Shown here: in pieces, positions 9,029-20,035 of the stretch
Numbering within the stretch: the first letter of the stretch is position 1
Layout of the letters: each line of letters begins with the position of its first letter
Origin: a virus
Taxonomy: Duplodnaviria > Caudoviricetes
DNA: 64,000 nucleotides
Strand: one strand, 5' to 3'
IMG/VR virus record: IMGVR_UViG_650716086_000003
Span: 4,081-68,080 of that record
Notes under the pieces: generated by a model
The model's input: only the letters and a program-made list of their open reading frames with translations
Told to the model about the DNA's origin: nothing
Database searches by the model: none
Made by a program: the position numbers and the translations under genes

Positions 9029-12000
9029 GAACGAAGTCGATCTCGTAATCAAAGCCGAGAATCAGTTCTCCAAAACCCTCAAGTCCGCTGTCGACGCCTT
9101 CAACGAATTCCAGACCATCCTGAAGGGTACGACCGGCGATACCGGTAAGGCGAACACTGCGCTAGGGCAACTGGCCACTCAGGCTGGCTCCCTGGCGCAG
9201 AAACTCCGCGGCCTGAAGTCGGTCGAAACCATCGCCAAGAGCATGGACGAACTGACTGCCTCGGCCGAGCGGTCGCAGGCGTCCGTCAATAAGATGTCGG
9301 GCGATTATGCGAAACTGTCGAAGGAACTGGTCGCCGCCGAGAAGAACCTCGGTGATCTCAAGACCAAGCTGCAGCAGGAAGAGAGTGCGCTTCAGGCGAT
9401 CAAAGATCGAACCGCCGCTGCGCGCGATGAGAAGAAGCGTTTCACCGATCAGGTCACTGCGGCTCGCGAATCTCTCGCCAAATACAACGCCGAACTGAAG
9501 AAGACTCCAAACCCCGGCCCCGCGCAGAAGTCGGCCGGCGTGTTCCTCCGTGGTGATGTCGAAGCTGCCCGCACGGCAAACACGGCCTCGGTCAAGTCGA
9601 CGCAAGCTGCCGTTCAGCAACTCGGCGAGGCAGCAGCCAAGCAGGCCGCCGCTGTCAAGGCAGCCGAGGATGCTTTCAAGGCCGCCGAAGGTCAGACGAA
9701 AAAACTCAAAGGTGAATCCGACCGGCTGACGCGCAGCCTGAAGGATGAGCAGAGCGCCCTCGAAGGTGTCAATCGCGAACTGTCGCGCACCCGTGAAATC
9801 AGCGCCCAGGTTAGCGCCGTTTCCGGTGGCGCCGCCGTCACGCAAGAACGTGTCACCCGCGAATATGCAAAGCAGGCCGCCGAATTGGCCCGCGTCAATG
9901 CTCAGATTCAGGAGTTCAGCAAAGCTCAGGCTGCGCCGGTTGCGACCGATCGCCGTGGCGTTCTGACTTCGAAGCGTGCTTTCGTCGAGGCGCAGGCCGA
10001 GGTGAAGCGTCTCGCCGATGAGATGCGCAGGGCCGAGGCGCCTACGGAAGAACTGGCCGCGGCACTCGGCCGTGCTCAGGCTCGTGCAAAGCAGGCCGCC
10101 GATGCATACCAGGCGAACAGTATCGCACTCCGTCGGACCGCGGCAACGCAGACCTCGCTGAGCCAGTTCCTGAGCCGCACGGCAACCGCGCAGCAACAGG
10201 CCGCGACCCGTCAAGTCAAAGCCCTGGCGCAGGCGAACCAGGCCAGCCAGCAAGGCGCATCGGCTAACCGTCAACTCGCTGCTGCGACCCAATCCGCGCT
10301 GCCGCCGATCCGTCAGTTGGCTCAGGCCGCACAGACTGCCGGCGCCGCCGCGCAACAGGCTGCCAACGGAACCAGAAATCTGCGCAGCGCCTTCGCAGGG
10401 CTCTATGGTGAGAGCCGGCAGTCGCTGTCCCTCTTCCAGCGCATCCGTGGCGAAGTTCTCGCCCTGACCGCCAGCTACATCGGCCTGCACGCCGCAATCG
10501 GTCAGATCCGTGGCGTCGTCACCGCGTTCCAGACGATCGAAGCGGCACAGAGCCGTCTCGGTGTCGTGTTCAATCAGGACACTTCCCGAGTCGCCAACGA
10601 ACTCGCGTTCCTAGAGCGCAACGCTCAGCGCCTTGGTATCAGCTTCGAAGTTCTGTCGAACCAGTATTCGAAATTCGCCGTGGCCGCCAATGCCGCGAAC
10701 TTCACCAGCACTGCCACGCGTGACATCTTCCTGTCCGTGGCCGAGGCTGGTCGCGTCAACAAGCTTTCGATGGATCAATTGAACGGCGTGTTCCTAGCGC
10801 TCGAACAAATGATCAGTAAAGGGAAAGTCAGTTCAGAAGAATTGAGGCGTCAGCTTGGAGATAGACTTGCCGGCGCTTTCACTATATTTGCTGATGCCAT
10901 CGGCGTTTCTACGTCTGAACTTGACGACATGCTTCGCAAGGGCGAAGTTATCGCTGACCAGGCCAACCTGCTGAAGTTCGCCGACGAACTGAAGAAGCGG
11001 TTCGGCCCGCAACTCGGCGCAGCCCTCGCAACGACGACCGCTGAACTCGGCCGCTTCCAGAACAATCTCTTCCAGGCGCAGTTGCGCGTCGGCGAGGGTG
11101 GTTTCATCGAAGCCTTCACGGACGGCGTGCGCCGGCTGAACGAATTCTTCCAAAGCCGGGAAGGCCGCGACTTCTTCCTGTCGATCGGCACGGCTCTTGC
11201 GAAGGCTACGCAAGCCCTCGTGGCGTTCATGCCGTACATGGACGAACTCGCAAAGGCGATCGGCCTCATTGCGCTGTTCAAGGTCTCGCGGTTCTTCGCC
11301 GATATGGTCACCTCGCTGCGCACCACCGCGGCGGCGACGGCGACAGCAAACGCCAACCTGTTCACCTGGCAGAGCACGGTTCAGGCGGTTAACGGCAAAT
11401 GGAACGCCTTCGCAGCCTCGCTCACGGTTGGTACCGGCGCCCTCGCTCGTGTCAATGCGCAGTTGCGTGTCGCGACCGTTGTCGCCGGTACCGCTGGCAG
11501 CGGCTTCCTCGCACTCCGTATCGGCCTGAATGCGCTGACGACACTGGCCGGCGTTGCGGCCGGCGCGTTCCGCCTTCTGTGGGCGGCAATCGGCGGCTTG
11601 CCCGGACTCATCCTGACCGGTGTCACCGTTGCACTCGGTTCCTGGTTGACCGGCGTTGAGGACACCACGACCGCGCTCGATGAGCACAAGCGCATTATGG
11701 GCGAGGTGATCACCAGCTACGAAGCGGTGAAGGGCAAGACGAAGGAGTGGGCTCAGGAAGTTCGAAACGTCACGCTCGACCAGGCTGTGGCGAATCTGCG
11801 AACCATGCAGACGAACCTCGAAAAAGTACGGCAGACCTTCCTCGATATCGACCGTATGCCGACCACCATCATTCGAGATCCGGTTGACTTCAAACTCGCC
11901 CAACAGATCCGCGATGTCAGGGACGCTTACAAAGACGGCACCATATCCGCGAAGGATTTCGTAACCCAACTCGAAACCTTGTACCGCCAAATCTCGAATG

Positions 12001-14069
12001 ACGGTGTTCGGCAGTGGGCGGAAGAACTGCTCAACGTTGGCCGTAATCTCGCCGATATGGAAAAAGGTGTCGGCGAGGCCGCACTCGTTGCGAAAGAGCT
12101 TGGCGATAAGACGGCCGAAACCAACGCTATCGTCGCGAAGACCGGTATCACCATCGAGAAGGTGACCGAGGTTGTCGAAGACGCCGGCAAGGCGATGGAG
12201 GCGGTTGCCGAGGAAAAGGCGAAAAAGTTCAACGAAGCCATGGAAGAGATGGGCAAACTCATCCCATCCGTGGCCGATGAACTGAAGCGCCTAGAAACAA
12301 TCAAGGGGCTTGAGGAACAGTACACGCAGGCCATCAAGCTGGCCGGTTCCTTTGAAGACCTGGTTCGGGCTCATGATCGCTACCAGAACGCGGTGACCGC
12401 TCAGACTTTCGGTAATCTCGGCGGTACCGGAAACGAAGCGTCCTTCAATCTCATCCGTCGGTTTGAAGGATTCGCGCCGACCGCGAAATGGGACCAGAAC
12501 GCATTCCGCGCCGGTTTCGGCTCAGACACAGTAACGCTCTCCGACGGTACGATCAAAAAAGTCACCGAGGGCATGACCGTCACGATGACGGATGCCGTTC
12601 GCGATCTCGTCCGCCGTGTCGACGAATTCACGATGGTCGCCCGTAGTCAGTTGGGACCGGATCGCTTCGATTCATTCTCGGCACAACAGCAAGCCGTGTT
12701 CACGTCGCTTGCCTATAACTACGGCGATCTGAAGAGCACGGGCGCCCTGAATACCTTCCAAACCGGAAGCGTCGAAGAGATCGCCGAGGCAATTCGCAAA
12801 CTCGGCAGTCACAACGGTGGCATTAACAGCCGGCGCCGCAATCAGGAGGCTGATCTCTTCGCATCTGGCGGTGACTTCTCCGAGCGTCAGTATCAGGTTG
12901 AGCGCAAGCGGCTCGACACACAGCGCGAATACAACACCGAACTCGAAGATCGCCTTTCGCTGCAGGAAAACGAGAACGCCAACGAAGGGCGACTGACTCA
13001 GGAAGCCTTCATTCAGAAGCGTCTTGCCGAGGAACAGAAGAAGGCCAAGGAAGCCGGCGTTGCGCTCACCGCGGAGCAAATCGAGCGTGTCAAGGCTGTC
13101 GCAGCCGAGGAATGGAAGGTCACGCAGGCAAAGCGCGATCAGAAGACCGAGGCGAAGGACGCTAACACGGCACTGCGCGAAGCTCAGGCTCTCGAACAAC
13201 AGCGCAATGCGTTGCTCGCCCAATACCGTCAGGCGGTTCAGACCGGCGATGTCGCCGCTCAGGAAACGCTGAAGGGCCAGATCACCAGTCTGAACCAGGA
13301 GATTGTCGCGGCTGCCGAGAGTGCCCGCGCGATGTGGGAAGCAATCGGTGGACCGGAAGCGGCTGCCAAACTCCCCATTCTTGACGCTCTGATCACCAAA
13401 GCGAAAACCGCTGGCAATCAGATCGGTATTGTCGGCCGGCAGACCAACTCCCTCGGCCTCACTGCCAACCAGACACAACAACTCGTCGGCTCGTTTGCCG
13501 ATGGCCTGGTTGGCGTGTTCGACAATTTCGCTCAGGCGGTCGCCAACGGCCAGAACGCTTTCCAGGCTCTCGGTACAGCCTTCCTCCAATTTGCTGCAAC
13601 CTTCCTGCGCGAGATCGCCACCATGATCTTGAAGCAGATGATCCTGAACGCGCTGGCCGGCTTCGGCGGCCCGATCGGTCAGGCGGCTGCGGCATTGGGT
13701 GGCGCAGTTCCCGTTGCTCACGGCGGTGGCACGGTCGGATCCACGGTTCGTTCGCGCCGCGTCGATCCCGGCATCTTCTCGGTCGCTTCCTACTATCACG
13801 GTGGCGGTGTCGCCGGTCTGAAGTCGAACGAAGTTCCGGCGATCCTTGAGCGCGGCGAGACGATCAGAACGGAAGCGCAGGAACAAGCGCTGCAGGACCG
13901 CATGGCGGCAGGACAGGGCGGCGGGGGCGGTGCACAGGTCATCCGCAACATCGTCACCCTTGATGAGGATTCCGCGCGCAACTGGCTGACCAGTTCATCG
14001 GGCGAGCAGGCGATCTGGTCTGTCCTCGGTCGTGACAAGGCGAAACTCCGGAGTTTGACGGCAAAGTAA
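9018..14069 (+). CDS. Tape measure protein with internal lysozyme-like domain
   Basis: 1683 aa, Ala-rich coiled coil. Tape-measure domain LEQMISKGKVSSEELRRQLGDRL; GH24-like segment LIRRFEGF...FRAGFG...SLAYNYG; C-terminal HGGG...EVPAILERGE. Confidence 0.92.
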   Translation: MARKNEVDLVIKAENQFSKTLKSAVDAFNEFQTILKGTTGDTGKANTALGQLATQAGSLAQKLRGLKSVETIAKSMDELTASAERSQASVNKMSGDYAKLSKELVAAEKNLGDLKTKLQQEESALQAIKDRTAAARDEKKRFTDQVTAARESLAKYNAELKKTPNPGPAQKSAGVFLRGDVEAARTANTASVKSTQAAVQQLGEAAAKQAAAVKAAEDAFKAAEGQTKKLKGESDRLTRSLKDEQSALEGVNRELSRTREISAQVSAVSGGAAVTQERVTREYAKQAAELARVNAQIQEFSKAQAAPVATDRRGVLTSKRAFVEAQAEVKRLADEMRRAEAPTEELAAALGRAQARAKQAADAYQANSIALRRTAATQTSLSQFLSRTATAQQQAATRQVKALAQANQASQQGASANRQLAAATQSALPPIRQLAQAAQTAGAAAQQAANGTRNLRSAFAGLYGESRQSLSLFQRIRGEVLALTASYIGLHAAIGQIRGVVTAFQTIEAAQSRLGVVFNQDTSRVANELAFLERNAQRLGISFEVLSNQYSKFAVAANAANFTSTATRDIFLSVAEAGRVNKLSMDQLNGVFLALEQMISKGKVSSEELRRQLGDRLAGAFTIFADAIGVSTSELDDMLRKGEVIADQANLLKFADELKKRFGPQLGAALATTTAELGRFQNNLFQAQLRVGEGGFIEAFTDGVRRLNEFFQSREGRDFFLSIGTALAKATQALVAFMPYMDELAKAIGLIALFKVSRFFADMVTSLRTTAAATATANANLFTWQSTVQAVNGKWNAFAASLTVGTGALARVNAQLRVATVVAGTAGSGFLALRIGLNALTTLAGVAAGAFRLLWAAIGGLPGLILTGVTVALGSWLTGVEDTTTALDEHKRIMGEVITSYEAVKGKTKEWAQEVRNVTLDQAVANLRTMQTNLEKVRQTFLDIDRMPTTIIRDPVDFKLAQQIRDVRDAYKDGTISAKDFVTQLETLYRQISNDGVRQWAEELLNVGRNLADMEKGVGEAALVAKELGDKTAETNAIVAKTGITIEKVTEVVEDAGKAMEAVAEEKAKKFNEAMEEMGKLIPSVADELKRLETIKGLEEQYTQAIKLAGSFEDLVRAHDRYQNAVTAQTFGNLGGTGNEASFNLIRRFEGFAPTAKWDQNAFRAGFGSDTVTLSDGTIKKVTEGMTVTMTDAVRDLVRRVDEFTMVARSQLGPDRFDSFSAQQQAVFTSLAYNYGDLKSTGALNTFQTGSVEEIAEAIRKLGSHNGGINSRRRNQEADLFASGGDFSERQYQVERKRLDTQREYNTELEDRLSLQENENANEGRLTQEAFIQKRLAEEQKKAKEAGVALTAEQIERVKAVAAEEWKVTQAKRDQKTEAKDANTALREAQALEQQRNALLAQYRQAVQTGDVAAQETLKGQITSLNQEIVAAAESARAMWEAIGGPEAAAKLPILDALITKAKTAGNQIGIVGRQTNSLGLTANQTQQLVGSFADGLVGVFDNFAQAVANGQNAFQALGTAFLQFAATFLREIATMILKQMILNALAGFGGPIGQAAAALGGAVPVAHGGGTVGSTVRSRRVDPGIFSVASYYHGGGVAGLKSNEVPAILERGETIRTEAQEQALQDRMAAGQGGGGGAQVIRNIVTLDEDSARNWLTSSSGEQAIWSVLGRDKAKLRSLTAK

Positions 14070-15307
14070 TGGCGATCGAAACCCTTCCCGTATGGCCGTT
14101 TGAACCGAACTGGTCCGGTGTGTTGACCGAGGCACTGGAATGGCTGACCGACGTGCTCACGTCACCGAGCGGCGCCGAACAACGGCGTTGCCTTCGTCTG
14201 TATCCGCGCAAGACAATCGAATTCTCGACGGCGCTCGGCGGCAATGAGAGAGCGGTGTTCGACCAGTTCCTGAGCACGCACGGCGGCCGGAACATGTATC
14301 TACCCCAATGGCACGAGTCCTATCGCTCGGGCGCTGCGGTTGCGGCCGGCGCGGTTTCCATTCCGTGCGACCAGGCGAACAACGGCGGCCTTCGTATCGG
14401 CGACATCATCTTCATCAGCGCCAACGATCCACGGCACTATGAGCTTGCGGAAGTTCTGTCCTTGTCGGCATCCGCCATCACCCTGGTCGCACCGTTGGTT
14501 TCCGCTTGGCCGGCGTTCTCGAAAGTGCATCCGGTGCGCAAAGCGCGCTTGGACGATCAGCCGACACTCCGTCGCGTGACGGATTCCGGCGTCACCTTCA
14601 CCACGACGTTCCGCATCATGCAGCGCAACGATGACGTTAATATCGTGCTTGGGCCGAGCGTCACCACCGATCTGCTTCCAATCTACCAGGGCTTCAACGT
14701 TCTTCCCACGGTACCGGATGAGCGCGACAGCATCGATGTCGGCATTACGCGGATGATTGACGTGCTCGACAACGAGGTTGGAATTCCGATCTACAACGAC
14801 GTGGCCGGAATTCCCTTCAAGTCGCAAAAGTACAATTGGGCTCTGCAGGGACGTGCGGATTACGACACACTGAAAAAGACGTTCTATCATCTGCGTGGCC
14901 GCGCTATTCCGGCCTGGCTCCCGACCTTCTTCAATGATCTGCAGATCGTCGAGAACACGCCGACCGGTGGCACGTCCATCAAGATTGAGAACATCGGCTT
15001 CACCGCCAGCGGTGGCGTGCAGACCGGCCGCACTCACATCATGGTGACGAGAGTCGACGGCACGAACACCTTCCATCGCATTCTCAGCAGTGCCATCGAC
15101 GGCGACAAAGAAATCATCGGCGTGAACAGCCCGTTCGCTTCCGGGCTCCCCGCTGCTTCGGTCATGCGCATCAGCTTCATGCAATTGAGTCGTCTTGACC
15201 AGGATCGGATTGAGATAGTCCATCACACAGACACGCGCGGCGTATCGGCGTGCACGGCGAGGTTCCGTGCTGCACCTGACCTGCGCCAGGTCCAACCGGG
15301 GTTCTGA
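14069..15307 (+). CDS. Virion structural/distal tail protein
   Basis: 412 aa, WPFEPNW...EALEWLTDVLTS.SGAEQRR; Chi-like position after the tape measure. Confidence 0.65.
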   Translation: MAIETLPVWPFEPNWSGVLTEALEWLTDVLTSPSGAEQRRCLRLYPRKTIEFSTALGGNERAVFDQFLSTHGGRNMYLPQWHESYRSGAAVAAGAVSIPCDQANNGGLRIGDIIFISANDPRHYELAEVLSLSASAITLVAPLVSAWPAFSKVHPVRKARLDDQPTLRRVTDSGVTFTTTFRIMQRNDDVNIVLGPSVTTDLLPIYQGFNVLPTVPDERDSIDVGITRMIDVLDNEVGIPIYNDVAGIPFKSQKYNWALQGRADYDTLKKTFYHLRGRAIPAWLPTFFNDLQIVENTPTGGTSIKIENIGFTASGGVQTGRTHIMVTRVDGTNTFHRILSSAIDGDKEIIGVNSPFASGLPAASVMRISFMQLSRLDQDRIEIVHHTDTRGVSACTARFRAAPDLRQVQPGF

Positions 15308-15308
15308 T

Positions 15309-16124
15309 ATGTCGTTCGACGTTTACGAGGGTTCCAACTACAGCGGCTTGCCCGTCGCACTCTACGATTTCGTTTTCGGCACAGCGCAATGGAACTACAC
15401 GTCAGATGAAGAGCTGGTGACTCTCGGTGCTGTCACGTATGAACCGATCTCGATCAAGGACAGCGGCGTAAAGCAGTCCGGTGACGCCAGTAGCGACGAG
15501 ATGATCATCACCGTGCCGAAGACCGCACCCGTGGCAATTATGATGAACGGGCAGCCGCCGAGCGAAAATATTTGGGTCTACATTCGCCGCTATCACCATG
15601 GCGACGACGGCGCGCCGATCATCTGGCCGGGATACGTGGTCAGCCGCAAGCAGATTGACTCCCAGGCGGTTGAACTTTCATGCAAAATGATCACTGCCGG
15701 CTTCGATCGGAATGGGCTGCGGTTAGGTTGGTCGCGCCAATGCCCGCACGCTCTCTATGACCAGAACTGCAGAGTGAACAAGGATCTGTTCGCACTCACG
15801 TTTCAGGTCGAAAACATTGTCGGAAACACGATCTATTCAGCGGCACTGGATGCTCTTGCCGACGGCCGCTTCTCGAACGGCTTCTTCACGTGGAGCCGGT
15901 TCAACGGTGCGGTGGAGCGCCGCGGTATTGAAATTCACGTTGGTAACCACTTCAGCATTCTCGGCACATCCGTTGGCATTGAAGTAGGTGATTGGGTCAC
16001 CGCATATCCCGGTTGCGCGAGGACGCGAACTGACTGTATAAACAAATTCAACAATTTGTCGAATTTCGGTGGTTTCCCCCATATGCCAGGCAAGTCTCCG
16101 TTCAAGGGTGACCCTGTTTTCTAG
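15309..16124 (+). CDS. Tail tip protein, BR0599/DUF2163 (gpL-like) family
   Basis: CPHALYDQNC, and the C-terminal YPGCART...CINKFNNLSNFGGFPHMP Cys cluster. Confidence 0.85.
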   Translation: MSFDVYEGSNYSGLPVALYDFVFGTAQWNYTSDEELVTLGAVTYEPISIKDSGVKQSGDASSDEMIITVPKTAPVAIMMNGQPPSENIWVYIRRYHHGDDGAPIIWPGYVVSRKQIDSQAVELSCKMITAGFDRNGLRLGWSRQCPHALYDQNCRVNKDLFALTFQVENIVGNTIYSAALDALADGRFSNGFFTWSRFNGAVERRGIEIHVGNHFSILGTSVGIEVGDWVTAYPGCARTRTDCINKFNNLSNFGGFPHMPGKSPFKGDPVF

Positions 16125-16135
16125 GAGTTAGGTGG

Positions 16136-16372
16136 ATGAACTTCCTGTGGGCAATCGGCTTGTTGATCGCGTCTTATGCGATCCAGATGCTGACGACCCC
16201 CAAAACCAAACCGCAGAAACCGGCGTCCCTTTCTGACTTCGACTTCCCACAGTTCGAAGAAGGTACACCGCAGTGCGTGTTCTTCGGCGACAATTGGACC
16301 GAAGACCATTTCATCCTGTGGTACGGCAATATGCGGACCTCGGCCGTAAAGACGAAATCGAGCAAGAAATGA
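16136..16372 (+). CDS. Small tail assembly protein
   Basis: 78 aa, hydrophobic N-terminus and DFDFPQFEEGTPQ..FFG motif. Confidence 0.7.
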   Translation: MNFLWAIGLLIASYAIQMLTTPKTKPQKPASLSDFDFPQFEEGTPQCVFFGDNWTEDHFILWYGNMRTSAVKTKSSKK

Positions 16373-16584
16373 GCCCTGAAAATCAACCAATTGTTGTTTA
16401 CATGCGTCACATACGGGCAGCCAAACTCTGCGCTGGCGGGACGCGTCAATGGTTTCGTCGACAAGGCTTCGATTGGATCGATTTCCTGAACAACGGCATC
16501 CCGCTCGAAAAGATGGAGGCGACCGGTGATCCCTTGGCGCTCCGCGTAACCAGTATCGCAAAGGAAGAGGCCGGCAATGTCTAA
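16369..16584 (+). CDS. Small tail-module protein
   Basis: 71 aa from ATG 16369, with C.GGTRQWF...FDW.DFL.NGI...GD.LA. Confidence 0.65.
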   Translation: MSPENQPIVVYMRHIRAAKLCAGGTRQWFRRQGFDWIDFLNNGIPLEKMEATGDPLALRVTSIAKEEAGNV

Positions 16585-18781
16585 GGGCGGTAGTGAGGTA
16601 ACGGTCGGCTATCGTTATTACATGACACTTCAGATGGGCCTGGGGCGCGGCCCAGTCGACGAGATTGTACAGATCAAAATCGGCGACAAGTCTGCCTGGC
16701 CCACGTTGGAGGGCAAGACCACTCCCTACGATACGACGATCACTGACGATCGTGTCACCAACATCAAGGCGCCAAGCCTGTTCGGTGGCGATAAGGCTGA
16801 AGGCGGGGTAAGCGGTTCGCTTACCGTCCGCATGGGCAAACCCACCCAAGTCTATCCTGGCTGGTTCAAGGCTCTGCTCGGATCAAACGTGCCGGATTTC
16901 CGCGGCGTGGCCACGGCCATCTTCGACGGCATGATCTGCGCGATGAACCCCTATCCCAAAGAGTGGCGCTTTCGTGTGCGTCGTATTCTCAAGGGTTGGG
17001 ATGGCCCTGTTTGGCAACCGAGCTTGGCGACGATCTCGCTTAGTGGCGGCAAGATCAAGGCCATGAATCCCGCCCATATTCTGTACGAATGCGTGACCAA
17101 TCGGGATTGGGGGCGGGGATATGACCGGTCTCGCATCAATGACTCTTCGTGGGTGGCGGCCGCGACCACGCTCTTCAATGAGGGTTTCGGGCTCTGCATT
17201 CGTTGGAACCGGCAGGACACGTTGCAGAGCTTCGTCGAGGAAGTGCTCGAACACGTCGGAGCTACGATCTACACCAACCGCGAGACCGGTCTGCTCGATC
17301 TCAAACTCATCCGCGGCGACTACGTTGCTGCCGATCTGCCGCTCTTCACAAAAACGACCGGCCTGATTGAGATTTCAGATCCGGAAACGGCGAGCATGGT
17401 GGATGCCATTGGCGAAGTCATCGTCAAATACAGGGATCCCATCAAGAATGAGGAATTGGGGATTCGTGCCCAAAACCTGGCCGTCCTTCAGTCCACGGAA
17501 GGTGTCAATTCCAAAACCAATCCATATCTCGGTCTACCCACTCAGGATCTCGCCGCACGCGTCGCTCAGCGCGATCTCAAGGCTATGTCGGCTTCCGTCA
17601 GCCGCTACAGCGTGAAACTCGATCGTCGAGCCTGGCGCATCTACCCCGGCGCCGTCTTCCGTGTCTCCGATCCGGACAAGGGTATTCAGAACCTGGTGCT
17701 GCGCGCCGGTAAAATAGATGACGGCACGTTGACCAATGGCATCATCACCGTCGAAGCGGTACTCGATGTATTCGGCCTGTCCGACGTGGCGTTCGTTGAT
17801 GAAGAGCCGCCAGCGTGGGAGCCGCCACCGACAACCCCAATCGTGATCACAAAACGCATCGTCCGCGAGATCACGTATCAGGAACTGGTCGTTCAACTGA
17901 CCCCGACAGAACTCGCCACAGTGGAACCGACGGCGGCAGGTATCGCGACCGTAGCGGCCCGAGACTCCCAGGGCATGTTCAGCTACTCGATCTCATCCAG
18001 GCTCGGCACTGCAGAGTTCGTCGTCAATGGTTCGCAGAGTTTCGCGCCAGTCGCTCAGTGCGTCGGCCCGATCGACTACTATTCATCGTCAATCGCTTTC
18101 GACAGCGCGATTGATCCTGGTCTGATCGAGGTGCCGATGCTCATTCAGATCGACAACGAGATCATGGAAGTGACCGCGATAGTCGTCAATGACAACGGCG
18201 TTTCCGGCACTTTGACTGTCAAGCGGGGCTGTGTCGATACCATTCCGGCGCAGCACGCGGATAACGCGCTTATCTTCTTCACCAGCAACAGCATCGGTAC
18301 TGACGGCCGGGAGTATACGGACGGTGAGACGATCGATGTGAAGCTGCTTTCCAGCACATCGAGCGACACCCTCGATCCCTCGCTGGCGCCGACGGATTCC
18401 GTAGCGGCCATTGGCCGGCAGGGGCGACCGTACCCACCTGGCGCCGTCTATGTGAATTCGGATCTGTGCTTCATTGCTGGTCCGGTTACCGGCGATTTCA
18501 CAATCAGTTGGGCACATCGGGACCGCGTGCTGCAGGCGGACCAGATCGTCGGGCACATGGACTCGAGCGTCGGCCCGGAAGCCGGCACCACCTATCGGCT
18601 CCGTTTCTACACATCGAGCATGGTTCTCATTCGTGAAATCGGCGGCATCGCAGGCACGTCGCAGTCCTTCAATTCCTTCGACACAGACCTGACGGGCTCA
18701 ATGATTGTACAACTCGCCAGTGTTCGAGACGGGTTGGTTTCCATGCAGAAATACGAGTTCCCGTTGACGCGTACTCTCTGA
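16577..18781 (+). CDS. Tail tip/central hub protein (gpJ-like, Chi-type)
   Basis: 734 aa: VGYRYYM, LFGGDKAEGGV.G, AMNPAHILYEC and RGCVDT.PAQH motifs. Confidence 0.75.
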   Translation: MSKGGSEVTVGYRYYMTLQMGLGRGPVDEIVQIKIGDKSAWPTLEGKTTPYDTTITDDRVTNIKAPSLFGGDKAEGGVSGSLTVRMGKPTQVYPGWFKALLGSNVPDFRGVATAIFDGMICAMNPYPKEWRFRVRRILKGWDGPVWQPSLATISLSGGKIKAMNPAHILYECVTNRDWGRGYDRSRINDSSWVAAATTLFNEGFGLCIRWNRQDTLQSFVEEVLEHVGATIYTNRETGLLDLKLIRGDYVAADLPLFTKTTGLIEISDPETASMVDAIGEVIVKYRDPIKNEELGIRAQNLAVLQSTEGVNSKTNPYLGLPTQDLAARVAQRDLKAMSASVSRYSVKLDRRAWRIYPGAVFRVSDPDKGIQNLVLRAGKIDDGTLTNGIITVEAVLDVFGLSDVAFVDEEPPAWEPPPTTPIVITKRIVREITYQELVVQLTPTELATVEPTAAGIATVAARDSQGMFSYSISSRLGTAEFVVNGSQSFAPVAQCVGPIDYYSSSIAFDSAIDPGLIEVPMLIQIDNEIMEVTAIVVNDNGVSGTLTVKRGCVDTIPAQHADNALIFFTSNSIGTDGREYTDGETIDVKLLSSTSSDTLDPSLAPTDSVAAIGRQGRPYPPGAVYVNSDLCFIAGPVTGDFTISWAHRDRVLQADQIVGHMDSSVGPEAGTTYRLRFYTSSMVLIREIGGIAGTSQSFNSFDTDLTGSMIVQLASVRDGLVSMQKYEFPLTRTL

Positions 18782-18835
18782 TGGTAAAATCAACTGTTTG
18801 TGGTATAAGCAACCCACTAGTGAACGGAAATCACC

Positions 18836-20035
18836 ATGGCCGTGACTGAATGGAATGACTTCAAAGGCGCCGCCAAGCGCTTGGAAGATATCGATATTCC
18901 CCGCATCGCCAACAGGATTGGTGTAGGCGAAGACGAACTGCACGCCTTCATGGATGTTGAGACGGCCGGTGGCGGCTTCGATGCCAAGGGTCGTCCGAAA
19001 ATGCTGTTCGAGCCTCATGTCTTCTACCGCAATCTCAGCGGTGCGAAGCGCGCAGCCGCAGTCAAAGCCGGTCTCGCATATGCGAAGTGGGGCCAGAAAG
19101 CCTATCCCAGGGACAGTTACCCGCGTCTGATCAAGGCCATGGCAATCGACGAGACGGCGGCCCTCAAATCCGCATCGTGGGGATTGGGGCAGGTGCTCGG
19201 CGAGAACCACGAAATGGTCGGCTACAAGACCGTGCAGGACATGGTTCGCGCCTTCATGGTCGACGAGGAACATCACCTCGAAGCCATGGTCGACTACCTG
19301 ATCTCGGCGAAGCTCGCAGACGATTTGCGCCGGCACGACTGGACCGCAGTCGCCCGCGGCTACAACGGCCCTAGTTACGCCAAGAACCGATATCACACAA
19401 AGATGGCGACGGCGTTCAAGAAGTGGTCGAAGATCAAGGACACCCCTTGGTCGCCCGACGGCAAGACGGACGCAGTTGTTGCTGCGCCAATCAAAGTGCC
19501 GGTACCGACTCCGAAGCCGGCCGTGGTGGACCAGTCCGACGTGATCCGTCAGGTGCAGGATCTGCTGTGGGATAAGGGTTATCCGGAAGTCGGAGAATCC
19601 GACGGCAAGTTCGGCAAACGCACCCGCAATGCCATTCTCGCATTCCAGGCCGATAACGATCTGCCGCTCAGCGGACAGGTCACGGATGAACTGCTCGCTC
19701 AGTTGATCAAGGCGCCCAAGCGCGAGATGACGCCGGCACGCGAGAACGCCACCGAGAAAGACCTGAAGGCCGAGCCGGTGGTCAACGACGCCAACTGGCT
19801 GAAGAAGCTCGGCGCGGCGATCCTCACCGCCAGTGGGATCGGCGGGGTGCTCGACGGTACCGACAATCTGGATACCGCGATCGTTGGCATGGGCAAGCTG
19901 AAGAGTTTTGCCGAGACCCTGCTTTCCGTATCCCCGTGGATCCTCGTTGGCGCTGCGGGGTTTGGCGTCTTCTACTTCGGCCGCCGTGTGATTCAGAAAC
20001 ATGTTGAGGCTTATCGGGAAGGGCGCGCTCTGTGA
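18836..20035 (+). CDS. Endolysin: N-acetylmuramidase (DUF3380-like) + peptidoglycan-binding domain + C-terminal hydrophobic segments
   Basis: VETAGGGF...PKMLFEPHVFY, SASWGLGQVLGEN and RGYNGP.Y; PG-binding VQDLL..KGY...DGKFGKRT.NAI..FQ. Confidence 0.88.
   Translation: MAVTEWNDFKGAAKRLEDIDIPRIANRIGVGEDELHAFMDVETAGGGFDAKGRPKMLFEPHVFYRNLSGAKRAAAVKAGLAYAKWGQKAYPRDSYPRLIKAMAIDETAALKSASWGLGQVLGENHEMVGYKTVQDMVRAFMVDEEHHLEAMVDYLISAKLADDLRRHDWTAVARGYNGPSYAKNRYHTKMATAFKKWSKIKDTPWSPDGKTDAVVAAPIKVPVPTPKPAVVDQSDVIRQVQDLLWDKGYPEVGESDGKFGKRTRNAILAFQADNDLPLSGQVTDELLAQLIKAPKREMTPARENATEKDLKAEPVVNDANWLKKLGAAILTASGIGGVLDGTDNLDTAIVGMGKLKSFAETLLSVSPWILVGAAGFGVFYFGRRVIQKHVEAYREGRAL

Noticed and set aside
1336-15295. 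Long antisense ORFs over structural genes (e.g. 1336-2637, 4437-5588, 9162-10490, 14300-15295)
   Set aside because: Shadow ORFs expected from high-GC codon bias opposite well-supported genes; no motifs or RBS.
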